64,000 nt of DNA from an uncultured SAR86 cluster bacterium (GCA_902509555.1 CABWYS010000001.1:28795-92794), one strand, 5' to 3'; shown: positions 45,653 to 60,212, numbered from the stretch's first letter. A program made the numbers and translations. The notes: generated by a model not told the origin, from the letters alone.

Positions 45653-47746
45653 TTAAGAAGTTTTTAACTGCTCAGCAATGTTATTTGGAACTTCAGCATA
45701 TTTAAGAAATTCCATAGAAAAGCTTGCTCTACCTTGAGTTGCAGACCTTAAATCTGTTGCATATCCAAACATCTCCGATAAAGGCACTTCTGACCTCACG
45801 GTTTTTCCAGTTGGGATTTCATCCATTCCCAAAATTATTCCCCTTCTTCTATTTAAATCACCCACAACATCACCCATATGCTCTTCTGGAGTGACAACTT
45901 CTACTGCCATCATTGGCTCCAAGAGGACTGGACGTGCTTTAAGGCATCCTTCTTTTAATGCCATAGATCCAGCAATTTTAAAAGCCATTTCGCTCGAATC
46001 AACATCATGGAATGACCCATCATATAAAGTTGCCCGCAGCGCAAGCAGAGGGTAGCCAGCAATCACACCATTTTTCATTTGCTCTTGAATACCCTTATCA
46101 ACAGCTGGTATGTATTCTTTAGGAACTACACCTCCAACAATCTTATCCACAAACTCATATTCATCATCTAACCCAAGTGGTTCTAATTTCAGCCAAACAT
46201 GGCCATATTGTCCTTTACCACCACTTTGCCTAACAAATTTTCCTTCAATATCGACTGATTCTCTGATTGTTTCACGATAAGAAACCTGTGGTTTACCAAT
46301 ATTTGCCTCTACATCAAACTCTCTTCTCATTCTGTCAACCAGAACATCTAAATGAAGTTCACCCATTCCTGAGATAATTGTTTGAGCAGACTCCTCATCG
46401 GTATGAACTCTAAATGATGGATCTTCTTGAGCAAGCTTGCCAAGAGCAACGCCCATCTTCTCTTGATCTGATTTTGTTTTTGGCTCTACAGCTACTGAAA
46501 TTACTGGCTCAGGAAAATCCATTCTCTCAAGCACAACCTGATCGCCTAAGTCACAAAGAGTATCTCCAGTGGTAACATCTTTAAGTCCAATACATGCAGC
46601 AATATCACCAGCACGTATCTCTTTAATTTCATTACGATCATTTGAATGCATTTGCACCATTCGGCCAACTCTTTCTTTCTTTGTTTTGGTTGAGTTCATT
46701 ACACCGTCGCCAACAGAGAGCACTCCAGAATAAACTCTAATAAATGTTAAAGTTCCAACAAAGGGATCGGTAGCAATTTTGAAAGCCAATGCTGAAAATG
46801 GCTCTTCGTCTGAAGATGATCTGCTGATTTCAACTTCCTCATCATCAGGCAATGATCCTTTAATGGCCTTAACTTCATTTGGAGCAGGCAAATATTCAAT
46901 CGCAGCATCTAAGACAGCTTGTACGCCTTTATTTTTAAATGCTGAACCACAAAAAGCAGGAACTATTTCATTTGCAAGAGTTCTAACTCTAATCCCTTCT
47001 TTAATCTGCTCTGGGCTTAATTCACCATTCTCTATATATGCATTCATTAATTCTTCATTTGCTTCTGCTGCACTTTCAACCATAGACTCTCTTAGAGATT
47101 CGCATGTATCTAAAATATCTGCTGGAATTTCTTGCTCTTCAAAAGTGAGTCCTTGATCATCCTCATTCCAAAAGATAGCTTTCATCTTAACTAAATCAAC
47201 TACGCCTTTAAAATTCTCCTCTGCCCCAATGTTGTATTGCATAGGAACAACATTTGCTTTTAATCTATCCTTGATTTGATCAGTTACTCGTGAGAAATCT
47301 GCACCAGCTCTATCCATTTTGTTTACAAAAACAATTCTAGGAACCTCATATCTATCTGCTTGTCGCCAAACAGTTTCTGATTGAGGCTCAACACCGGAAG
47401 TTCCACAAAATACCACTACTGCTCCATCTAAAACTCTTAAAGATCTTTCAACCTCAATAGTAAAATCTACGTGGCCAGGTGTATCGATGATATTAATTCT
47501 ATGTTGAGGAAATTGTTGCTCCATGCCTGACCAAAAGCAGGTAGTTGCTGCTGAGGTAATAGTAATACCTCTTTCTTGCTCTTGCTCCATCCAATCCATG
47601 GTTGCTGCGCCATCATGAACTTCACCAATTTTATGAGATAACCCTGTATAAAAAAGGACTCTCTCAGTAGTAGTGGTTTTACCCGCATCAACATGAGCAC
47701 AAATACCAATATTTCTGTACTTACTAAGTTCAGTCTGTCTAGCCAT
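45653..47746 (-). CDS. fusA: Elongation factor G
   Basis: [26 protein letters not shown] motifs. Confidence 0.99.
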   Translation of the reverse strand: MARQTELSKYRNIGICAHVDAGKTTTTERVLFYTGLSHKIGEVHDGAATMDWMEQEQERGITITSAATTCFWSGMEQQFPQHRINIIDTPGHVDFTIEVERSLRVLDGAVVVFCGTSGVEPQSETVWRQADRYEVPRIVFVNKMDRAGADFSRVTDQIKDRLKANVVPMQYNIGAEENFKGVVDLVKMKAIFWNEDDQGLTFEEQEIPADILDTCESLRESMVESAAEANEELMNAYIENGELSPEQIKEGIRVRTLANEIVPAFCGSAFKNKGVQAVLDAAIEYLPAPNEVKAIKGSLPDDEEVEISRSSSDEEPFSALAFKIATDPFVGTLTFIRVYSGVLSVGDGVMNSTKTKKERVGRMVQMHSNDRNEIKEIRAGDIAACIGLKDVTTGDTLCDLGDQVVLERMDFPEPVISVAVEPKTKSDQEKMGVALGKLAQEDPSFRVHTDEESAQTIISGMGELHLDVLVDRMRREFDVEANIGKPQVSYRETIRESVDIEGKFVRQSGGKGQYGHVWLKLEPLGLDDEYEFVDKIVGGVVPKEYIPAVDKGIQEQMKNGVIAGYPLLALRATLYDGSFHDVDSSEMAFKIAGSMALKEGCLKARPVLLEPMMAVEVVTPEEHMGDVVGDLNRRRGIILGMDEIPTGKTVRSEVPLSEMFGYATDLRSATQGRASFSMEFLKYAEVPNNIAEQLKTS

Positions 47747-47771
47747 ATTAAAACCTATGAAATGTTACTAA

Positions 47772-48616
<845 letters not shown>

Positions 48617-48635
48617 AATTTAATAGTTGGACGCG

Positions 48636-48664
48636 ATTTTATAGACATGATTCACTACGGTCAA
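48636..48664 (-). promoter_or_regulatory. Putative sigma70 promoter for rpsL-rpsG-fusA
   Basis: TTGACC-17 nt-TAAAAT followed by GC-rich CGCGTCC. Confidence 0.72.
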
Positions 48665-48666
48665 CA

Positions 48667-51600
48667 TTATTCCTCAGTTTCTTGTAATTCTTGTCGTAAT
48701 GCTGCTTCAATGTCGTCCTCAGATAGCATCGATTCAGAAGAATCACTTGCTTTCTTAGCAGCCATTTGATCGTGGAACTCCATTCCGGTACCAGCTGGTA
48801 TCAATCTTCCTACAACAACATTTTCCTTCAAGCCTCTTAAGTAATCCACTTTACCTGTTACAGATGCTTCTGTTAAAACACGTGTAGTTTCTTGGAAAGA
48901 AGCAGCTGAAATAAATGAATTAGTTGTAAGGGAAGCTTTAGTGATTCCAAGAAGAACTCTTTCAAAACGAGCAGGCTCTTTGTTTGCTGCAACAGCTTTA
49001 GCATTTTCTTCTACCAATTCAGCATATTCAACTTGATCGCCTTGAATAAACTTAGTATCTTCGCCATCAACAATTAATGCCTTTCTAAGCATTTGACGCA
49101 ATATAGTTTCAATGTGTTTATCATTAATTAGCACGCCTTGAAGCCTGTAAACATCTTGAATTTCATTAACTATAAAGTTAGTTAACTGGGGGATTCCTCT
49201 TAAGCGCAATATATCATGAGGGCTTAATGGGCCGTCGGAGATAATGTCACCTTTTTCGATTCTCTCACCCTCAAACACTGTTAATATTCTGTGTTTAGGA
49301 ATAAGCATCTCAACATTTTGAGTTTTCTTAGTCGCTCCATCGGGAGTTATAACCAATCTAACCTTGCCCTTAGTTTCTTTTCCAAAAGCAATAATTCCAC
49401 TTTCTTCAGCAAGCACCGCCGCATCTTTAGGCTTTCTTGCTTCAAAAAGATCAGCAACCCTTGGAAGACCACCTGTAATATCTTTAGTTTTTGATCCTTC
49501 TAATGGTATCCTTGCTAAGACTTCACCTGCATGCAATTTTTTACCATCTTTTAAATTAACCAATGCCTTAGCAGGTAAAGAGTAATTTGCTGGTGTTTTA
49601 TGCTCACCTAATGGAACAGGCTTACCTTTTGCGTCAACCAGGGCGATAGATGGAACCTTCTCTTTTCCTGCAGAAGGTCTTTCCGCTACATCAATAACCT
49701 CAATACTACTTAGTCCAGTAAGTTCATCGGTTTTTGAGCGGACAGTTACACCATCATCTATGTCTGTAAATTGAACAATTCCTTCAACCTCACTAATAAT
49801 TGGGCGAGTATATGGATCCCAGCCTGCAATTTTCAGTCCTGGCTCTACATTTGTTTGATCATCTACAAATAAAGTAGCTCCATAGATTAATTTATGTTGC
49901 TCAATTAATTTTCCTTTTTCATCAGTCAATGTAACTTGGCTATTTCTAGAGACAACAACCTCTTGCTTATTTTTGTTGGTAACTGTTTTCATGTCTGAAG
50001 AAAAGTTAATCATTCCAGCATTATTAACAACAATTGCATTATCTTCTGATGAGCTAGACGCAGCTCCACCAATATGGAAAGTACGCATTGTTAATTGAGT
50101 TCCTGGCTCACCAATTGATTGTGCAGCCACAACTCCAACAGCTTCTCCCCTATGAACTAGGTGACCCCTGGCTAAATCTCTACCATAGCACTTAGAGCAA
50201 ACACCATAACTGGCTTCGCAAGTCATTGGTGATCTAACTTTTAGTGATGAAATATTTAATTCATCAATTTTCTTCACTGAATCCTCATCAATAAGATGGC
50301 CAATTGGATAAACCTCTTCTCCATCTGCATTAAAGATTGGTTCAGCAATTACCCTGCCAAGAATCCTTTCTGTAAGTGGTTGAATAATATCTCCACCCTC
50401 AACAATTGATGAAACAACAATTGATTGATCAGTTCCACAATCATCCTCAACAACAACAGAATCCATAGCAACATCACATAGCCTTCTAGTTAAATACCCT
50501 GAGTTAGCAGTTTTAAGGGCTGTATCAGCTAAACCTTTTCGGGCTCCATGAGTCGAGATAAAGTACTGAAGGACAGATAATCCCTCTCTAAAGTTTGCAG
50601 TAATTGGAGTTTCAATAATAGAGCCATCTGGCTTAGACATTAATCCACGCATTCCAGAGAGCTGCCTTATCTGAGCAGGAGATCCTCTAGCACCGGAGTC
50701 CGCATAAATAAATACAGAGTTAAATGATCCCTGATCAACCTCTTTACCTTCAGCATCTTCAACTTGATCTGTGCTGATTTTTGTCATCATTGCTTTTGCA
50801 ACTTTTTCATTTGCACGAGACCAAATATCAATTACTTTATTATATCTTTCTCCTTGGGTAACAAGGCCAGACTCATATTGTGATTCAATCGATTTAACTT
50901 CTTTTTCCGCAGCATCAATAATACCTGGCTTCTCTTCTGGAATAACGAAATCATCCACACCAATTGAGGATCCAGAACGTGTTGAATGTTCAAACCCAAG
51001 ATACATGAGCTGATCTGCGAAGATCACGGTATCCTTTAGACCAGCCTTTCTATATGAAATATCTATTAAATTAGAAACAGATTTCTTATCTAAAGTTTTA
51101 TTTACATTATCAAAGCCAACCTCAATAGGCGCAATTCTCCAGACCAATACTCTACCTACTGTTGTATCTTCGAGGAAGGTTCCTTTATCAGCATTGGTAA
51201 TCCTAACTTTAATATTTGCGTGAATGTCTAAGGTCTCAGACTCATATGCTCTTAATACTTCATCAGGATTACTGAATACTCTGCCATCGCCTTTAACATT
51301 TACTTTATCTCGAGTCATGTAATAAAGGCCTAAAACTATGTCCTGTGTAGGATTGATAATTGGCTCGCCATTTGCAGGAGATAAGATATTATTTGTGGAC
51401 ATCATTAGAGCTCTAGCTTCTAGTTGCGCTTCAATGGAAAGAGGAACATGAACAGCCATCTGATCTCCATCAAAGTCTGCGTTAAAAGCAACACAAACTA
51501 AAGGATGCAGCTGAATAGCCTTACCTTCAACTAGAAGAGGTTCAAAAGCTTGGATTCCTAATCTATGGAGAGTTGGGGCTCTGTTTAATAGTATTGGATG

Positions 51601-52848
51601 TTCTCTAATTACATCTTCTAAAATTTCCCAAACTTCTGGTGTTTCTCTTTCTACTAATTTTTTAGCCGCTTTAATAGTGGTAGCAAGTTCTTTCTGCTCA
51701 AGCTTTCCATATACATATGGTTTGAATAACTCAAGCGCCATTTTTTTTGGCAGTCCGCATTGATGTAATTTCAAATTTGGACCTGCAACAATTACAGATC
51801 TGCCTGAATAATCAACACGCTTACCTAGTAAATTTTGTCTGAATCTTCCTCCTTTACCTTTAATCATGTCAGCCAAAGATTTAAGTGGTCGCTTGTTAGT
51901 TCCAGTAATTACGCGCCCTCTTCTTCCATTATCAAGAAGCGCATCAACACTCTCTTGAAGCATTCTTTTTTCATTTCTGACAATAATATCTGGAGCACTT
52001 AACTCCAATAAACGCTTTAATCTGTTATTCCTATTAATGACCCTTCTATAAAGATCATTAAGATCTGAAGTCGCAAAACGGCCTCCCTCTAAAGGAACCA
52101 AAGGCCTGAGATCAGGAGGTAAAACTGGCAGGACATTCATGATCATCCATTCTGGCTTATTTCCAGACTCATTAAATGCTTCGAGAAGCTTTAATCTTTT
52201 AGATAATTTTTTAAGTTTAGTTTCTGAATTGGTTTGTGGCACTTCCTCGCGAATGATTCGAATCTCTTCTTCTAAATCAATCTCTTGTAATAGCATTTGA
52301 ACAGCTTCTGCACCCATGGAAGCTGTAAATTCGTCACCATACTCATCGAAGGCTTCAACAAATTCTTCTTCCGTTAAGATTTGACATTTTTCCAATTCTG
52401 TTAAACCAGGATCAGTAACGATATAACTTTCAAAATATAAAACTCGTTCAATTTCTCTAAGTGTAATATCAAGCAGTAATCCAATTCTTGAAGGAAGTGA
52501 TTTTAAAAACCAGATATGTGCAACGGGTGCAGCAAGTTCAATATGCCCCATTCTCTCTCTTCTTACTTTTGCTAGAGTCACTTCTACTCCACACTTTTCA
52601 CACACAACACCACGATGCTTCATACGCTTGTATTTTCCACATACACACTCGTAATCTTTTACTGGGCCAAAGATTTTGGCACAGAAAAGACCATCTCTTT
52701 CTGGTTTAAAAGTACGATAGTTGATAGTTTCAGGTTTTTTTACTTCGCCAAATGACCAAGATCTGACCATCTGAGGAGAAGCAAGCCCAGCAGTAATTGA
52801 AGAAAAATCTTCTTGCTTAGCCTTTAACGAATTTAGTAAATCTTTCAA
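48667..52848 (-). CDS. rpoC: RNA polymerase beta' subunit
   Basis: [10 protein letters not shown] catalytic motif, zinc sites; TTG start. Confidence 0.99.
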   Translation of the reverse strand: MKDLLNSLKAKQEDFSSITAGLASPQMVRSWSFGEVKKPETINYRTFKPERDGLFCAKIFGPVKDYECVCGKYKRMKHRGVVCEKCGVEVTLAKVRRERMGHIELAAPVAHIWFLKSLPSRIGLLLDITLREIERVLYFESYIVTDPGLTELEKCQILTEEEFVEAFDEYGDEFTASMGAEAVQMLLQEIDLEEEIRIIREEVPQTNSETKLKKLSKRLKLLEAFNESGNKPEWMIMNVLPVLPPDLRPLVPLEGGRFATSDLNDLYRRVINRNNRLKRLLELSAPDIIVRNEKRMLQESVDALLDNGRRGRVITGTNKRPLKSLADMIKGKGGRFRQNLLGKRVDYSGRSVIVAGPNLKLHQCGLPKKMALELFKPYVYGKLEQKELATTIKAAKKLVERETPEVWEILEDVIREHPILLNRAPTLHRLGIQAFEPLLVEGKAIQLHPLVCVAFNADFDGDQMAVHVPLSIEAQLEARALMMSTNNILSPANGEPIINPTQDIVLGLYYMTRDKVNVKGDGRVFSNPDEVLRAYESETLDIHANIKVRITNADKGTFLEDTTVGRVLVWRIAPIEVGFDNVNKTLDKKSVSNLIDISYRKAGLKDTVIFADQLMYLGFEHSTRSGSSIGVDDFVIPEEKPGIIDAAEKEVKSIESQYESGLVTQGERYNKVIDIWSRANEKVAKAMMTKISTDQVEDAEGKEVDQGSFNSVFIYADSGARGSPAQIRQLSGMRGLMSKPDGSIIETPITANFREGLSVLQYFISTHGARKGLADTALKTANSGYLTRRLCDVAMDSVVVEDDCGTDQSIVVSSIVEGGDIIQPLTERILGRVIAEPIFNADGEEVYPIGHLIDEDSVKKIDELNISSLKVRSPMTCEASYGVCSKCYGRDLARGHLVHRGEAVGVVAAQSIGEPGTQLTMRTFHIGGAASSSSEDNAIVVNNAGMINFSSDMKTVTNKNKQEVVVSRNSQVTLTDEKGKLIEQHKLIYGATLFVDDQTNVEPGLKIAGWDPYTRPIISEVEGIVQFTDIDDGVTVRSKTDELTGLSSIEVIDVAERPSAGKEKVPSIALVDAKGKPVPLGEHKTPANYSLPAKALVNLKDGKKLHAGEVLARIPLEGSKTKDITGGLPRVADLFEARKPKDAAVLAEESGIIAFGKETKGKVRLVITPDGATKKTQNVEMLIPKHRILTVFEGERIEKGDIISDGPLSPHDILRLRGIPQLTNFIVNEIQDVYRLQGVLINDKHIETILRQMLRKALIVDGEDTKFIQGDQVEYAELVEENAKAVAANKEPARFERVLLGITKASLTTNSFISAASFQETTRVLTEASVTGKVDYLRGLKENVVVGRLIPAGTGMEFHDQMAAKKASDSSESMLSEDDIEAALRQELQETEE

Positions 52849-52857
52849 TTATTTCTC

Positions 52858-55800
52858 CTAATTTTCAGAATCAAGTTCTAGGTTAATTCCAAGTGATCGA
52901 ATCTCTTTTGTTAGTACATTGAATGACTCAGGGATATTTGCATCCATTTCATAGTTCCCATCAACAATATTTTTATACATTTTAGTTCTACCAGGAACAT
53001 CATCAGATTTAACTGTGAGCATTTCTTGAAGAGTATATGAGGCGCCATATGCTTCGAGAGCCCATACTTCCATTTCACCAAATCTTTGACCACCAAACTG
53101 AGCTTTACCGCCAAGAGGTTGCTGAGTAACAAGACTGTATGAGCCTGTAGAACGAGCATGCATTTTGTCATCAACCAAATGATTTAGTTTAATCATATAC
53201 ATGTATCCAACCGTTACTGGTCGCTCAAACTGTCTCCCAGTTCTTCCATCGAAGAGAGTCAATTGGCCTGACTCAGGAAGATCAGCAAGCTTTAATAATT
53301 CTTTAATCTCAGATTCTTTAGCGCCATCAAAGACAGGAGTTGCAATTGGTAAGCCTTCTGTGAGATTGCTTGCCAAGGACTGAATTTCAGTATTATTAAA
53401 GGAGTTGAGATCTTCTTTAATAGTTGCATTCTTGTTATACAAAACGTCTAAGTATTTTTTCAGCTCATCAGCTTTTGCTTTGGCTTTAATCATTTTATTG
53501 ATTTTTTCGCCAATTCCTTTTGCAGCTGATCCCATATGAGTCTCAAGAATTTGTCCCACGTTCATTCGAGATGGAACACCAAGAGGATTCAAGACAATAT
53601 CAACAGGGTTTCCATCATTGTCATATGGCATATCCTCAATTGGCATAATCTCTGATATGACGCCTTTGTTACCATGTCTACCAGCCATCTTATCTCCGGG
53701 TTGAATTCTTCTTTTCACTGCAAGATATACTTTTACAATTTTAATAACTCCAGGTGCAAGATCATGGCCTCTAGTAATCTTTTGCTTTTTCACATCAAAG
53801 CTTTCCTGAATATCTTTCAGATATTGCTTTAAAGCTTTCTCCGCATCTTCAATTTTAGTATTTGCAGAGTCATCAGACGTTCTGACTGACAGCAAATCAT
53901 CCAAGCTCAGCTCTGATAAATCATCAGCTGAAGGATTAGAGCCCTTCTTAAGTCCTGGACCCTTTGAGATCTTAGATCCTTTAATAATATCTACGAGACG
54001 AATTCTTGTTGCATCGTTGATAATTTTAATTTGATCATCAGCATCTTTCTTTGCAACAGATAGATGATCGGCCTCAATTGATTGAGTTCTATCATCTTTC
54101 TCCATACCATCTCTGGTAAAGACTTCTACACAAATTACAGTTCCGTTAATACTTGATGGAACTCTCAATGATGTATCTTTTACATCAGAAGCTTTTTCTC
54201 CGAAAATTGCACGCAGTAGCTTTTCTTCAGGCGATAATTGAGTTTCACCTTTAGGAGTAATCTTGCCTACTAAAATATCACCAGCTTTAACCTCAGCACC
54301 CACATAAACCATGCCACACTCATCAAGCTTTGCAAGTGATCCTTCGCCAACATTAGGAATGTCAGCTGTGATCTCCTCTGAACCGAGTTTAGTATCCCTT
54401 GAAATACAAGTTAGCTCTTGGATATGTATGGAAGTAAATCTATCCTCTCTTGAAACTTTTTCGGACATTAAAATAGAATCTTCAAAGTTATATCCATTCC
54501 AAGGCATGAATGCTATTCGAATATTTTGACCTAATGCTAACTCACCATTATCTACTGACGGTCCATCAGCTAGGATGTCTCCAAATTTAACCTTATCCCC
54601 AACTGAAACCAGAGGTCTCTGATTGATACATGTATTTTGATTGGATCTTGTGTACTTTGTAAGATTGTAAATATCAACAGCATTATTTGAGTTCTTAGAA
54701 TCAGTTACACGAACCACAATTCTTGCAGCATCAACATTTTCAACAACACCATTATTCTTGGCCACAACACAAACACCAGAATCACCAGCTACAATTGTTT
54801 CAAAACCAGTTCCAACGAGAGGTTTCTCAGGTTTTAAGACTGGTACAGCTTGGCGCATCATGTTTGAACCCATCAGCGCTCTGTTGGCATCATCGTGTTC
54901 AAGAAAAGGAATTAAAGAAGCTGCAACTGAAACAACCTGTTGAGGAGCCACATCCATCAAATCAATTCTTTCAGGGCTCATCAACGCAGAATCACCGCTG
55001 TGTCGAACTGGCACAAGGTCGTCTGCAAATTTTCCAGATTTATCTAATACCGCATTTGCCTGAGCAATAATGTGCTCTCCTTCATCAATTGCAGAAAGAT
55101 AAATAATGTCATTAGTTACCTTGCCTTTAACAACTTTTCTGTATGGGCTTTCTATAAATCCGTAAGAATTAGTTCTTGAATAACATGCAAATGAATTGAT
55201 GAGTCCGATATTTGGGCCTTCAGGTGTTTCGATTGGACATAGTCTCCCATAATGGGTTGGATGCACATCTCTTACCTCAAAACCAGCGCGTTCTCTTGTT
55301 AAGCCGCCTGGCCCGAGCGCTGAAACTCTTCGCTTATGTGTAATTTCAGACAAAGGATTATTCTGATCCATAAACTGAGATAGCTGACTAGAACCAAAAA
55401 ATTCTTTTATAGCAGCGGTAACTGGTTTTGCATTGATAAGATCCTGCGGGCCAAGCTCATCAGCTTCAGCCATACTAAGTCTTTCTCTCACAGCTCTTTC
55501 TACTCTAATTAAACCAACTCTAAATTGATTGGCTGTCATTTCACCTACAGATCTAACGCGTCTATTACCTAAGTGATCAATATCATCAACAGTATCATGC
55601 CCATCTCTGATCGCCACTATTCCTTTCATGACACCCAAGATGTCATCAAGATCTAAAATTCCAGGGGTTTCTTTTGAAGTATCTATTTTTAATCTACGAT
55701 TAAATTTCATTCTGCCAACTTCAGAAAGATCATAGCGTTCATGATTGAAAAATAGATTTTGAAATAATTGCTCGGCTGAATCCTTGGTTGGTGGCTCACC

Positions 55801-56928
55801 AGGTCTCATCATTCTGTATATTTCAACCAATGCCTCTAGCCTATTTGAAGTAGGATCAGCCCTAAGAGTCGTAGAAATATATGGACCTTTATCAAGATCA
55901 TTAATGTATAAAGTATGAAGTTCGGTTATATTTGCTTCCCTTATAGCTTCAATGATTGATTGGTCTATTTCGGTATTTGCGGAGACTAAAACTTCTCCAG
56001 TCTCTTGATTAAATATATCTTTTGCAAGAACTTTGCCAATCAAAAAATCGTCCTCAACTTTAAGTGAAGACATTTTAGCTTGCTCGAGCTCACGAACATG
56101 ACGTGCAGTAATTCTCTTGTTAGCTTCAACAACAACTTTTGATTTAATTTTTAGGTCAACTGGTAGTGTTTGACCTCTCAATCTAGATGGAATTAATTCA
56201 ATGCTAATTCCAGCTTTTTCTATTTGAACATTATCTACTTCATAAAAATTCTTGAGAATTTCCTCAGTGCCCATATCCATAGCTTTTAAGATTATGGTAG
56301 CTGGTATTTTTCTTCTTCTATCAATTCGGCAAAATAGGTTATCCTTTGGATCAAATTCAAAATCCAGCCAAGAGCCTCTATAAGGGATGATCCGAGCAGA
56401 ATACAAGACTTTACCAGATGAATGTGTTTTACCTTTATCATGATCAAAGAAAACGCCTGGAGATCTATGAAGCTGATTAACGACAACTCTTTCTGTGCCG
56501 TTAATAACAAAAGAGCCGTTTTCAGTCATCAATGGCACCTCGCCCATGAAAACCTCTCCCTCTTTAACATCTTTTACTTCTTGGAAGTTCGTGTCTCGAT
56601 CATAAATCACTAAACGGACTACAATTCGAAGGGGCGCAGAATAACTAAGACCTTGAATTAAGCACTCTTGTACTGTGTAACCAGGCTTTCCTAATTCGTA
56701 TGAAACATATTCAAGGGCAGCATTACCAGAAACACTAGTAATAGGAAAAAGGGTTTGAAAAACTTCTTCAAGACCCTTATTTTCTCTTGCACCTGCCTCA
56801 ACATGTTGTTGAAGAAATTGTGTGTAAGATTCAAGCTGAGTCTCAATCAGCTTAGGAAGCTTCATAACTTTTGGAAGTCTTCCGAAGTTTTTTCTAATTC
56901 TTCTTTTTTCTGTATAGCTATATGACAT
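52858..56928 (-). CDS. rpoB: RNA polymerase beta subunit
   Basis: [30 protein letters not shown]. Confidence 0.99.
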   Translation of the reverse strand: MSYSYTEKRRIRKNFGRLPKVMKLPKLIETQLESYTQFLQQHVEAGARENKGLEEVFQTLFPITSVSGNAALEYVSYELGKPGYTVQECLIQGLSYSAPLRIVVRLVIYDRDTNFQEVKDVKEGEVFMGEVPLMTENGSFVINGTERVVVNQLHRSPGVFFDHDKGKTHSSGKVLYSARIIPYRGSWLDFEFDPKDNLFCRIDRRRKIPATIILKAMDMGTEEILKNFYEVDNVQIEKAGISIELIPSRLRGQTLPVDLKIKSKVVVEANKRITARHVRELEQAKMSSLKVEDDFLIGKVLAKDIFNQETGEVLVSANTEIDQSIIEAIREANITELHTLYINDLDKGPYISTTLRADPTSNRLEALVEIYRMMRPGEPPTKDSAEQLFQNLFFNHERYDLSEVGRMKFNRRLKIDTSKETPGILDLDDILGVMKGIVAIRDGHDTVDDIDHLGNRRVRSVGEMTANQFRVGLIRVERAVRERLSMAEADELGPQDLINAKPVTAAIKEFFGSSQLSQFMDQNNPLSEITHKRRVSALGPGGLTRERAGFEVRDVHPTHYGRLCPIETPEGPNIGLINSFACYSRTNSYGFIESPYRKVVKGKVTNDIIYLSAIDEGEHIIAQANAVLDKSGKFADDLVPVRHSGDSALMSPERIDLMDVAPQQVVSVAASLIPFLEHDDANRALMGSNMMRQAVPVLKPEKPLVGTGFETIVAGDSGVCVVAKNNGVVENVDAARIVVRVTDSKNSNNAVDIYNLTKYTRSNQNTCINQRPLVSVGDKVKFGDILADGPSVDNGELALGQNIRIAFMPWNGYNFEDSILMSEKVSREDRFTSIHIQELTCISRDTKLGSEEITADIPNVGEGSLAKLDECGMVYVGAEVKAGDILVGKITPKGETQLSPEEKLLRAIFGEKASDVKDTSLRVPSSINGTVICVEVFTRDGMEKDDRTQSIEADHLSVAKKDADDQIKIINDATRIRLVDIIKGSKISKGPGLKKGSNPSADDLSELSLDDLLSVRTSDDSANTKIEDAEKALKQYLKDIQESFDVKKQKITRGHDLAPGVIKIVKVYLAVKRRIQPGDKMAGRHGNKGVISEIMPIEDMPYDNDGNPVDIVLNPLGVPSRMNVGQILETHMGSAAKGIGEKINKMIKAKAKADELKKYLDVLYNKNATIKEDLNSFNNTEIQSLASNLTEGLPIATPVFDGAKESEIKELLKLADLPESGQLTLFDGRTGRQFERPVTVGYMYMIKLNHLVDDKMHARSTGSYSLVTQQPLGGKAQFGGQRFGEMEVWALEAYGASYTLQEMLTVKSDDVPGRTKMYKNIVDGNYEMDANIPESFNVLTKEIRSLGINLELDSEN

Positions 56929-56960
56929 ATGTCGCCCTTTAAAAATGTTTTATTGAAAGA

Positions 56961-57344
56961 TTATTTAAGCTCTGCTGTTGCTCCTGCCTCAGTCAGTTGC
57001 TTAAGCATTTCTTCAGCATCAGCCTTCTTAACAGCTTCTTTCAAAGTGTTAGGAGCGCCATCTACTAAATCTTTAGCTTCTTTCAATCCAAGCCCGGTAA
57101 TAGCACGTACAGCTTTAATTACTTGAACTTTCTGATCACCAGCTGCAGTTAATACCACATCAAAGTCATCTTTTTCTTCAGCAGCCTCACCAGCGTCGCC
57201 ACCACCAGCAGCAGCAGGAGCAGCGGCCACAGCAGCGGCTGCAGTAACACCAAATTTCTCCTCTATAGCTGAAATAAGTTCAACCAAGTCCATAACGGAC
57301 ATTTCCTCTATCGCGCTTAGAATATCGTCTTTAGATATTGCCAT
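56961..57344 (-). CDS. rplL: 50S ribosomal protein L7/L12 (start at ATG 57344)
   Basis: [15 protein letters not shown], Ala-rich hinge, GLGLKEAK. Confidence 0.99.
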   Translation of the reverse strand: MAISKDDILSAIEEMSVMDLVELISAIEEKFGVTAAAAVAAAPAAAGGGDAGEAAEEKDDFDVVLTAAGDQKVQVIKAVRAITGLGLKEAKDLVDGAPNTLKEAVKKADAEEMLKQLTEAGATAELK

Positions 57345-57360
57345 TTTTTTTCTCCTAGAT

Positions 57361-57891
57361 TTAGGCGTTAGCCTGTTTGTTGTCTCGAACTGCAGAAAGA
57401 ACCCTAGCCAATTTACTTGGCACTTCATTAAGAAGTGTTGCAAATTTACCTATAGGCGCTTGTAGAACCGCAGCAATGAGAGTTAGTGCCTCTTCTCGTG
57501 ATGGCAAAGATGCAAGAACATCAATTTGTGATCCATCAAGAAGTTGCCCTTCCACAACCAAAGCTTTGATCTCAAGAGCTTCAAAGTTTTTTGCGTAAGT
57601 TTTTAACATCTTCGCTGCTGCACCTGGCTCAGCATATGAGAAAGCAAAAAGTGAGGGACCTGTTAACACTTCATCAGTACAACCAAAGTCAGTGCCTTCA
57701 AATGCCAATTTTGCAAGAGAGTTTTTAATAACCTGGATATGAACTCCAGATTCTGTTCCTTGTTTTCTGATTTCAGTTAATTCAGAAACCTTAAGGCCTC
57801 TGGCATCTGAAATCACAAGTGAAGATGCAGAAGCTGAAACTTCCTTAACTTCTTGAACTATTCTCTCTTTATCTTCTCTAGCTAACGCCAC
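57361..57891 (-). CDS. rplJ: 50S ribosomal protein L10
   Basis: [21 protein letters not shown]; GTG start. Confidence 0.98.
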   Translation of the reverse strand: MALAREDKERIVQEVKEVSASASSLVISDARGLKVSELTEIRKQGTESGVHIQVIKNSLAKLAFEGTDFGCTDEVLTGPSLFAFSYAEPGAAAKMLKTYAKNFEALEIKALVVEGQLLDGSQIDVLASLPSREEALTLIAAVLQAPIGKFATLLNEVPSKLARVLSAVRDNKQANA

Positions 57892-58015
57892 AGCAATTCT
57901 CCTATTAATGCCTTTCGGCTAATCGGTGACAAACCGCCTACGCAATTTGAACACCACCTACGTAGGAAATTAAGCTTTCGCACCTACGGTCTTTGACGGC
58001 TGCGATTAACGCAAC
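57892..58015 (-). promoter_or_regulatory. L10 leader (rplJ autoregulatory RNA)
   Basis: Minus strand CCGTCAAAGACCGTAGGTGCGAAAGCTTAATTTCCTACGTAGGTGG: AAGAC bulge, CGTAGG/CCTACG stem and TTAA loop typical of L10 leaders. Confidence 0.85.
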
Positions 58016-58019
58016 AATC

Positions 58020-58039
58020 TAGGGTCAAAAAAGACCCTA
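58020..58039. other. Perfect 7-bp hairpin just after rplA
   Basis: TAGGGTC-AAAAAA-GACCCTA; no U-tract in the transcribed direction, so a pause or processing site is as likely as a terminator. Confidence 0.5.
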
Positions 58040-58043
58040 AAAC

Positions 58044-58739
58044 TTATACAACTAAGGATGCAGGAGCAACTTTAACCCCTGGTCCCATAGTACTACTTAA
58101 AGCAACACTTCGAATATATGAACCTTTAGCAGTAGCTGGCTTTAACTTCTTTACTTCTTCAAGCATAGCCGCTGCATTTTCTTGAATTTGACTTGATGAA
58201 AATGAAACTTTTCCAATACAACCATGCAATATTCCATTTTTATCTGTTCTAAAACGGACTTGGCCTGATTTAGCATTATTAATTGCTTCTCCAACTTTTT
58301 CAGTAACTGTTCCTGTCTTTGGATTTGGCATCAGTCCTTTAGGTCCAAGAACCTGACCCAATTGGCCCACTATCTTCATAGCTGCTTGTGATGAAATTAC
58401 CACATCAACATCAATTTCTTCTTTTTTAAATTTCTCTGCTAAATCTTCCATACCTACAAAGTCTGCGCCTGCTTCATTAGCCTCCTTGGCTTGATCTCCA
58501 TCAGCAAAAACAGCAACAGTAACCGTTTTACCTAGAGAATGGGGAAGTGTGATGGCGCCTCTAACATTCTGATCAGATTTTCCTGGATCGATGCCTAATC
58601 TAAGTGCGATATCTACAGATTCGTCAAACTTATTGGATTTAACTGTTTGAAATATATTCATTGCTTCTTCTAATGAATATGTATTCTCAGGATCAACAAG
58701 TTCCAACAATTGTTTTTTCTTTTTTGTAAGCTTAGTCAT
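58044..58739 (-). CDS. rplA: 50S ribosomal protein L1
   Basis: [27 protein letters not shown]. Confidence 0.99.
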   Translation of the reverse strand: MTKLTKKKKQLLELVDPENTYSLEEAMNIFQTVKSNKFDESVDIALRLGIDPGKSDQNVRGAITLPHSLGKTVTVAVFADGDQAKEANEAGADFVGMEDLAEKFKKEEIDVDVVISSQAAMKIVGQLGQVLGPKGLMPNPKTGTVTEKVGEAINNAKSGQVRFRTDKNGILHGCIGKVSFSSSQIQENAAAMLEEVKKLKPATAKGSYIRSVALSSTMGPGVKVAPASLVV

Positions 58740-59164
58740 TATTTAACTTCTACTCCCATACTTCTTGCAGTGCCTGCAATAATTTTAACTGCCTGATCCA
58801 TATCATTTGCATTTAAATCTTTTTGTTTTGCTGTAACAATCTCTTCTAATTGGGCTCTAGTGATAGAGCCAACTTTTTCTCTATTCGGCTCACCACTTCC
58901 CTTGCTTATTCCTGCAGCCTTCTTTATAAGAACAGATGCTGGTGCTGATTTAACCTCAAAAGTAAAGGATTTATCTTCGTATACAGTAATAACAACGGGC
59001 AGTGGCAGTCCTTTTTCCATGCTTTGAGTTTCAGCATTGAATGCATTACAAAAATCCATAATATTGACTGCTGCCTGACCAAGAGCTGGCCCAACCGGAG
59101 GGCTTGGATTTGCTGCGCCTGCAGGTATTTGTAGTTTTAAAATTGTTGCTACGTTCTTTGCCAT
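58739..59164 (-). CDS. rplK: 50S ribosomal protein L11
   Basis: [22 protein letters not shown]. Confidence 0.99.
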   Translation of the reverse strand: MAKNVATILKLQIPAGAANPSPPVGPALGQAAVNIMDFCNAFNAETQSMEKGLPLPVVITVYEDKSFTFEVKSAPASVLIKKAAGISKGSGEPNREKVGSITRAQLEEIVTAKQKDLNANDMDQAVKIIAGTARSMGVEVK

Positions 59165-59691
59165 TATGTTTTCTCTATTTGTATGAAATCTAATTGAACA
59201 GGAGTTGATCTACCAAGGATTTGAACAGAAACCTTCACACTGCTGCGCTCATAGTCGACCTCTTCAACAACTCCATTAAAATCATTGAATGGACCATCGC
59301 AAACTCTTATAACCTCACCAGGCTCAAATAATGTTTTAGGTCTAGGAGCTTCTTCTCCAACTTCAATTCTGTTAATAATGTTATCCACATCGCTTTTTGA
59401 AATAGGAGCTGGTTTATCTTTCTTGCCCCCAACAAATGTACTGACTCTGGGGGTGTGCTTAACAAGTTGCCAAGTATCATCATTCATTTCCATTTCAATT
59501 AAGATATAGCCTGGGAAAAATTTACGCTCTGTTCTTTTCTTAGCACCACTTTTGAGCTCAACTACTGACTCTGTTGGAACTAAAATTTCACCAAATTGAT
59601 CTTTTAAACCGGCAAGCTCAATACGCTCTTCGAGTGCGGCCTTAACTTTAAGCTCGTACCCTGAATATGCCATTATTACGTACCAATTCAC
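59164..59691 (-). CDS. nusG: Transcription termination/antitermination factor NusG
   Basis: [26 protein letters not shown]; GTG start. Confidence 0.99.
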   Translation of the reverse strand: MNWYVIMAYSGYELKVKAALEERIELAGLKDQFGEILVPTESVVELKSGAKKRTERKFFPGYILIEMEMNDDTWQLVKHTPRVSTFVGGKKDKPAPISKSDVDNIINRIEVGEEAPRPKTLFEPGEVIRVCDGPFNDFNGVVEEVDYERSSVKVSVQILGRSTPVQLDFIQIEKT

Positions 59692-59698
59692 TTTATAA

Positions 59699-60061
59699 CT
59701 ATCCTAAAATTAATTTTGTTAACCAGCTTAAAAGAGATTCTAGCGCCCAAAAAAACAAGCAAAGAACTATGATAGATCCAAAAACAACCATAAAAGTTTG
59801 AGTTGTCTCCATGCGAGTTGGCCAAACCACTCGTCTCATTTCAGTTCTTGACTCCTTCATGAGCGAAACAGCTCCTTTACCAAAGACTGTAGTTGCAAGA
59901 ATAATAGTTGCAAGAATAAATAGGGTGACAACAGCAAGCACTCTATATAGAAAAGCTACTTCTGTATAATAACCATTGCCAACAATAGCAATAGAGAAGA
60001 TGCTTATGGACAGAAGCCATTTGATCTTATCGGCAATGTTTGATGCTTTACCCTTTGCCAT
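59699..60061 (-). CDS. secE: Preprotein translocase SecE (three-TM form)
   Basis: EMRRVVWPTR motif; upstream of nusG. Confidence 0.97.
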   Translation of the reverse strand: MAKGKASNIADKIKWLLSISIFSIAIVGNGYYTEVAFLYRVLAVVTLFILATIILATTVFGKGAVSLMKESRTEMRRVVWPTRMETTQTFMVVFGSIIVLCLFFWALESLLSWLTKLILG

Positions 60062-60084
60062 ATTTTTTCTTTAAACCAGCTCCT

Positions 60085-60160
60085 TGGCAGGCCAGGAGGG
60101 ACTTGAACCCCCAACCTACGGTTTTGGAGACCGTCGCTCTACCAGTTGAGCTACTGGCCT
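60085..60160 (-). tRNA. trpT: tRNA-Trp(CCA)
   Basis: AGGCCAGTAGCTCAACTGGTAGAGCGACGGTCT-CCA-AAACCGTAGGTTGGGGGTTCAAGTCCCTCCTGGCCTGCCA; 76-nt cloverleaf with encoded CCA end. Confidence 0.97.
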
Positions 60161-60182
60161 AAATTTTTCTCCTAAAAGAGAC

Positions 60183-60212
60183 AAAAATGCCGAGCTTTAA
60201 ACTCGGCAAAAT
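60183..60212 (-). terminator. Intrinsic terminator-like hairpin after tuf
   Basis: Minus strand TGCCGAG-TTTAAAG-CTCGGCA followed by TTTTT. Confidence 0.7.
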
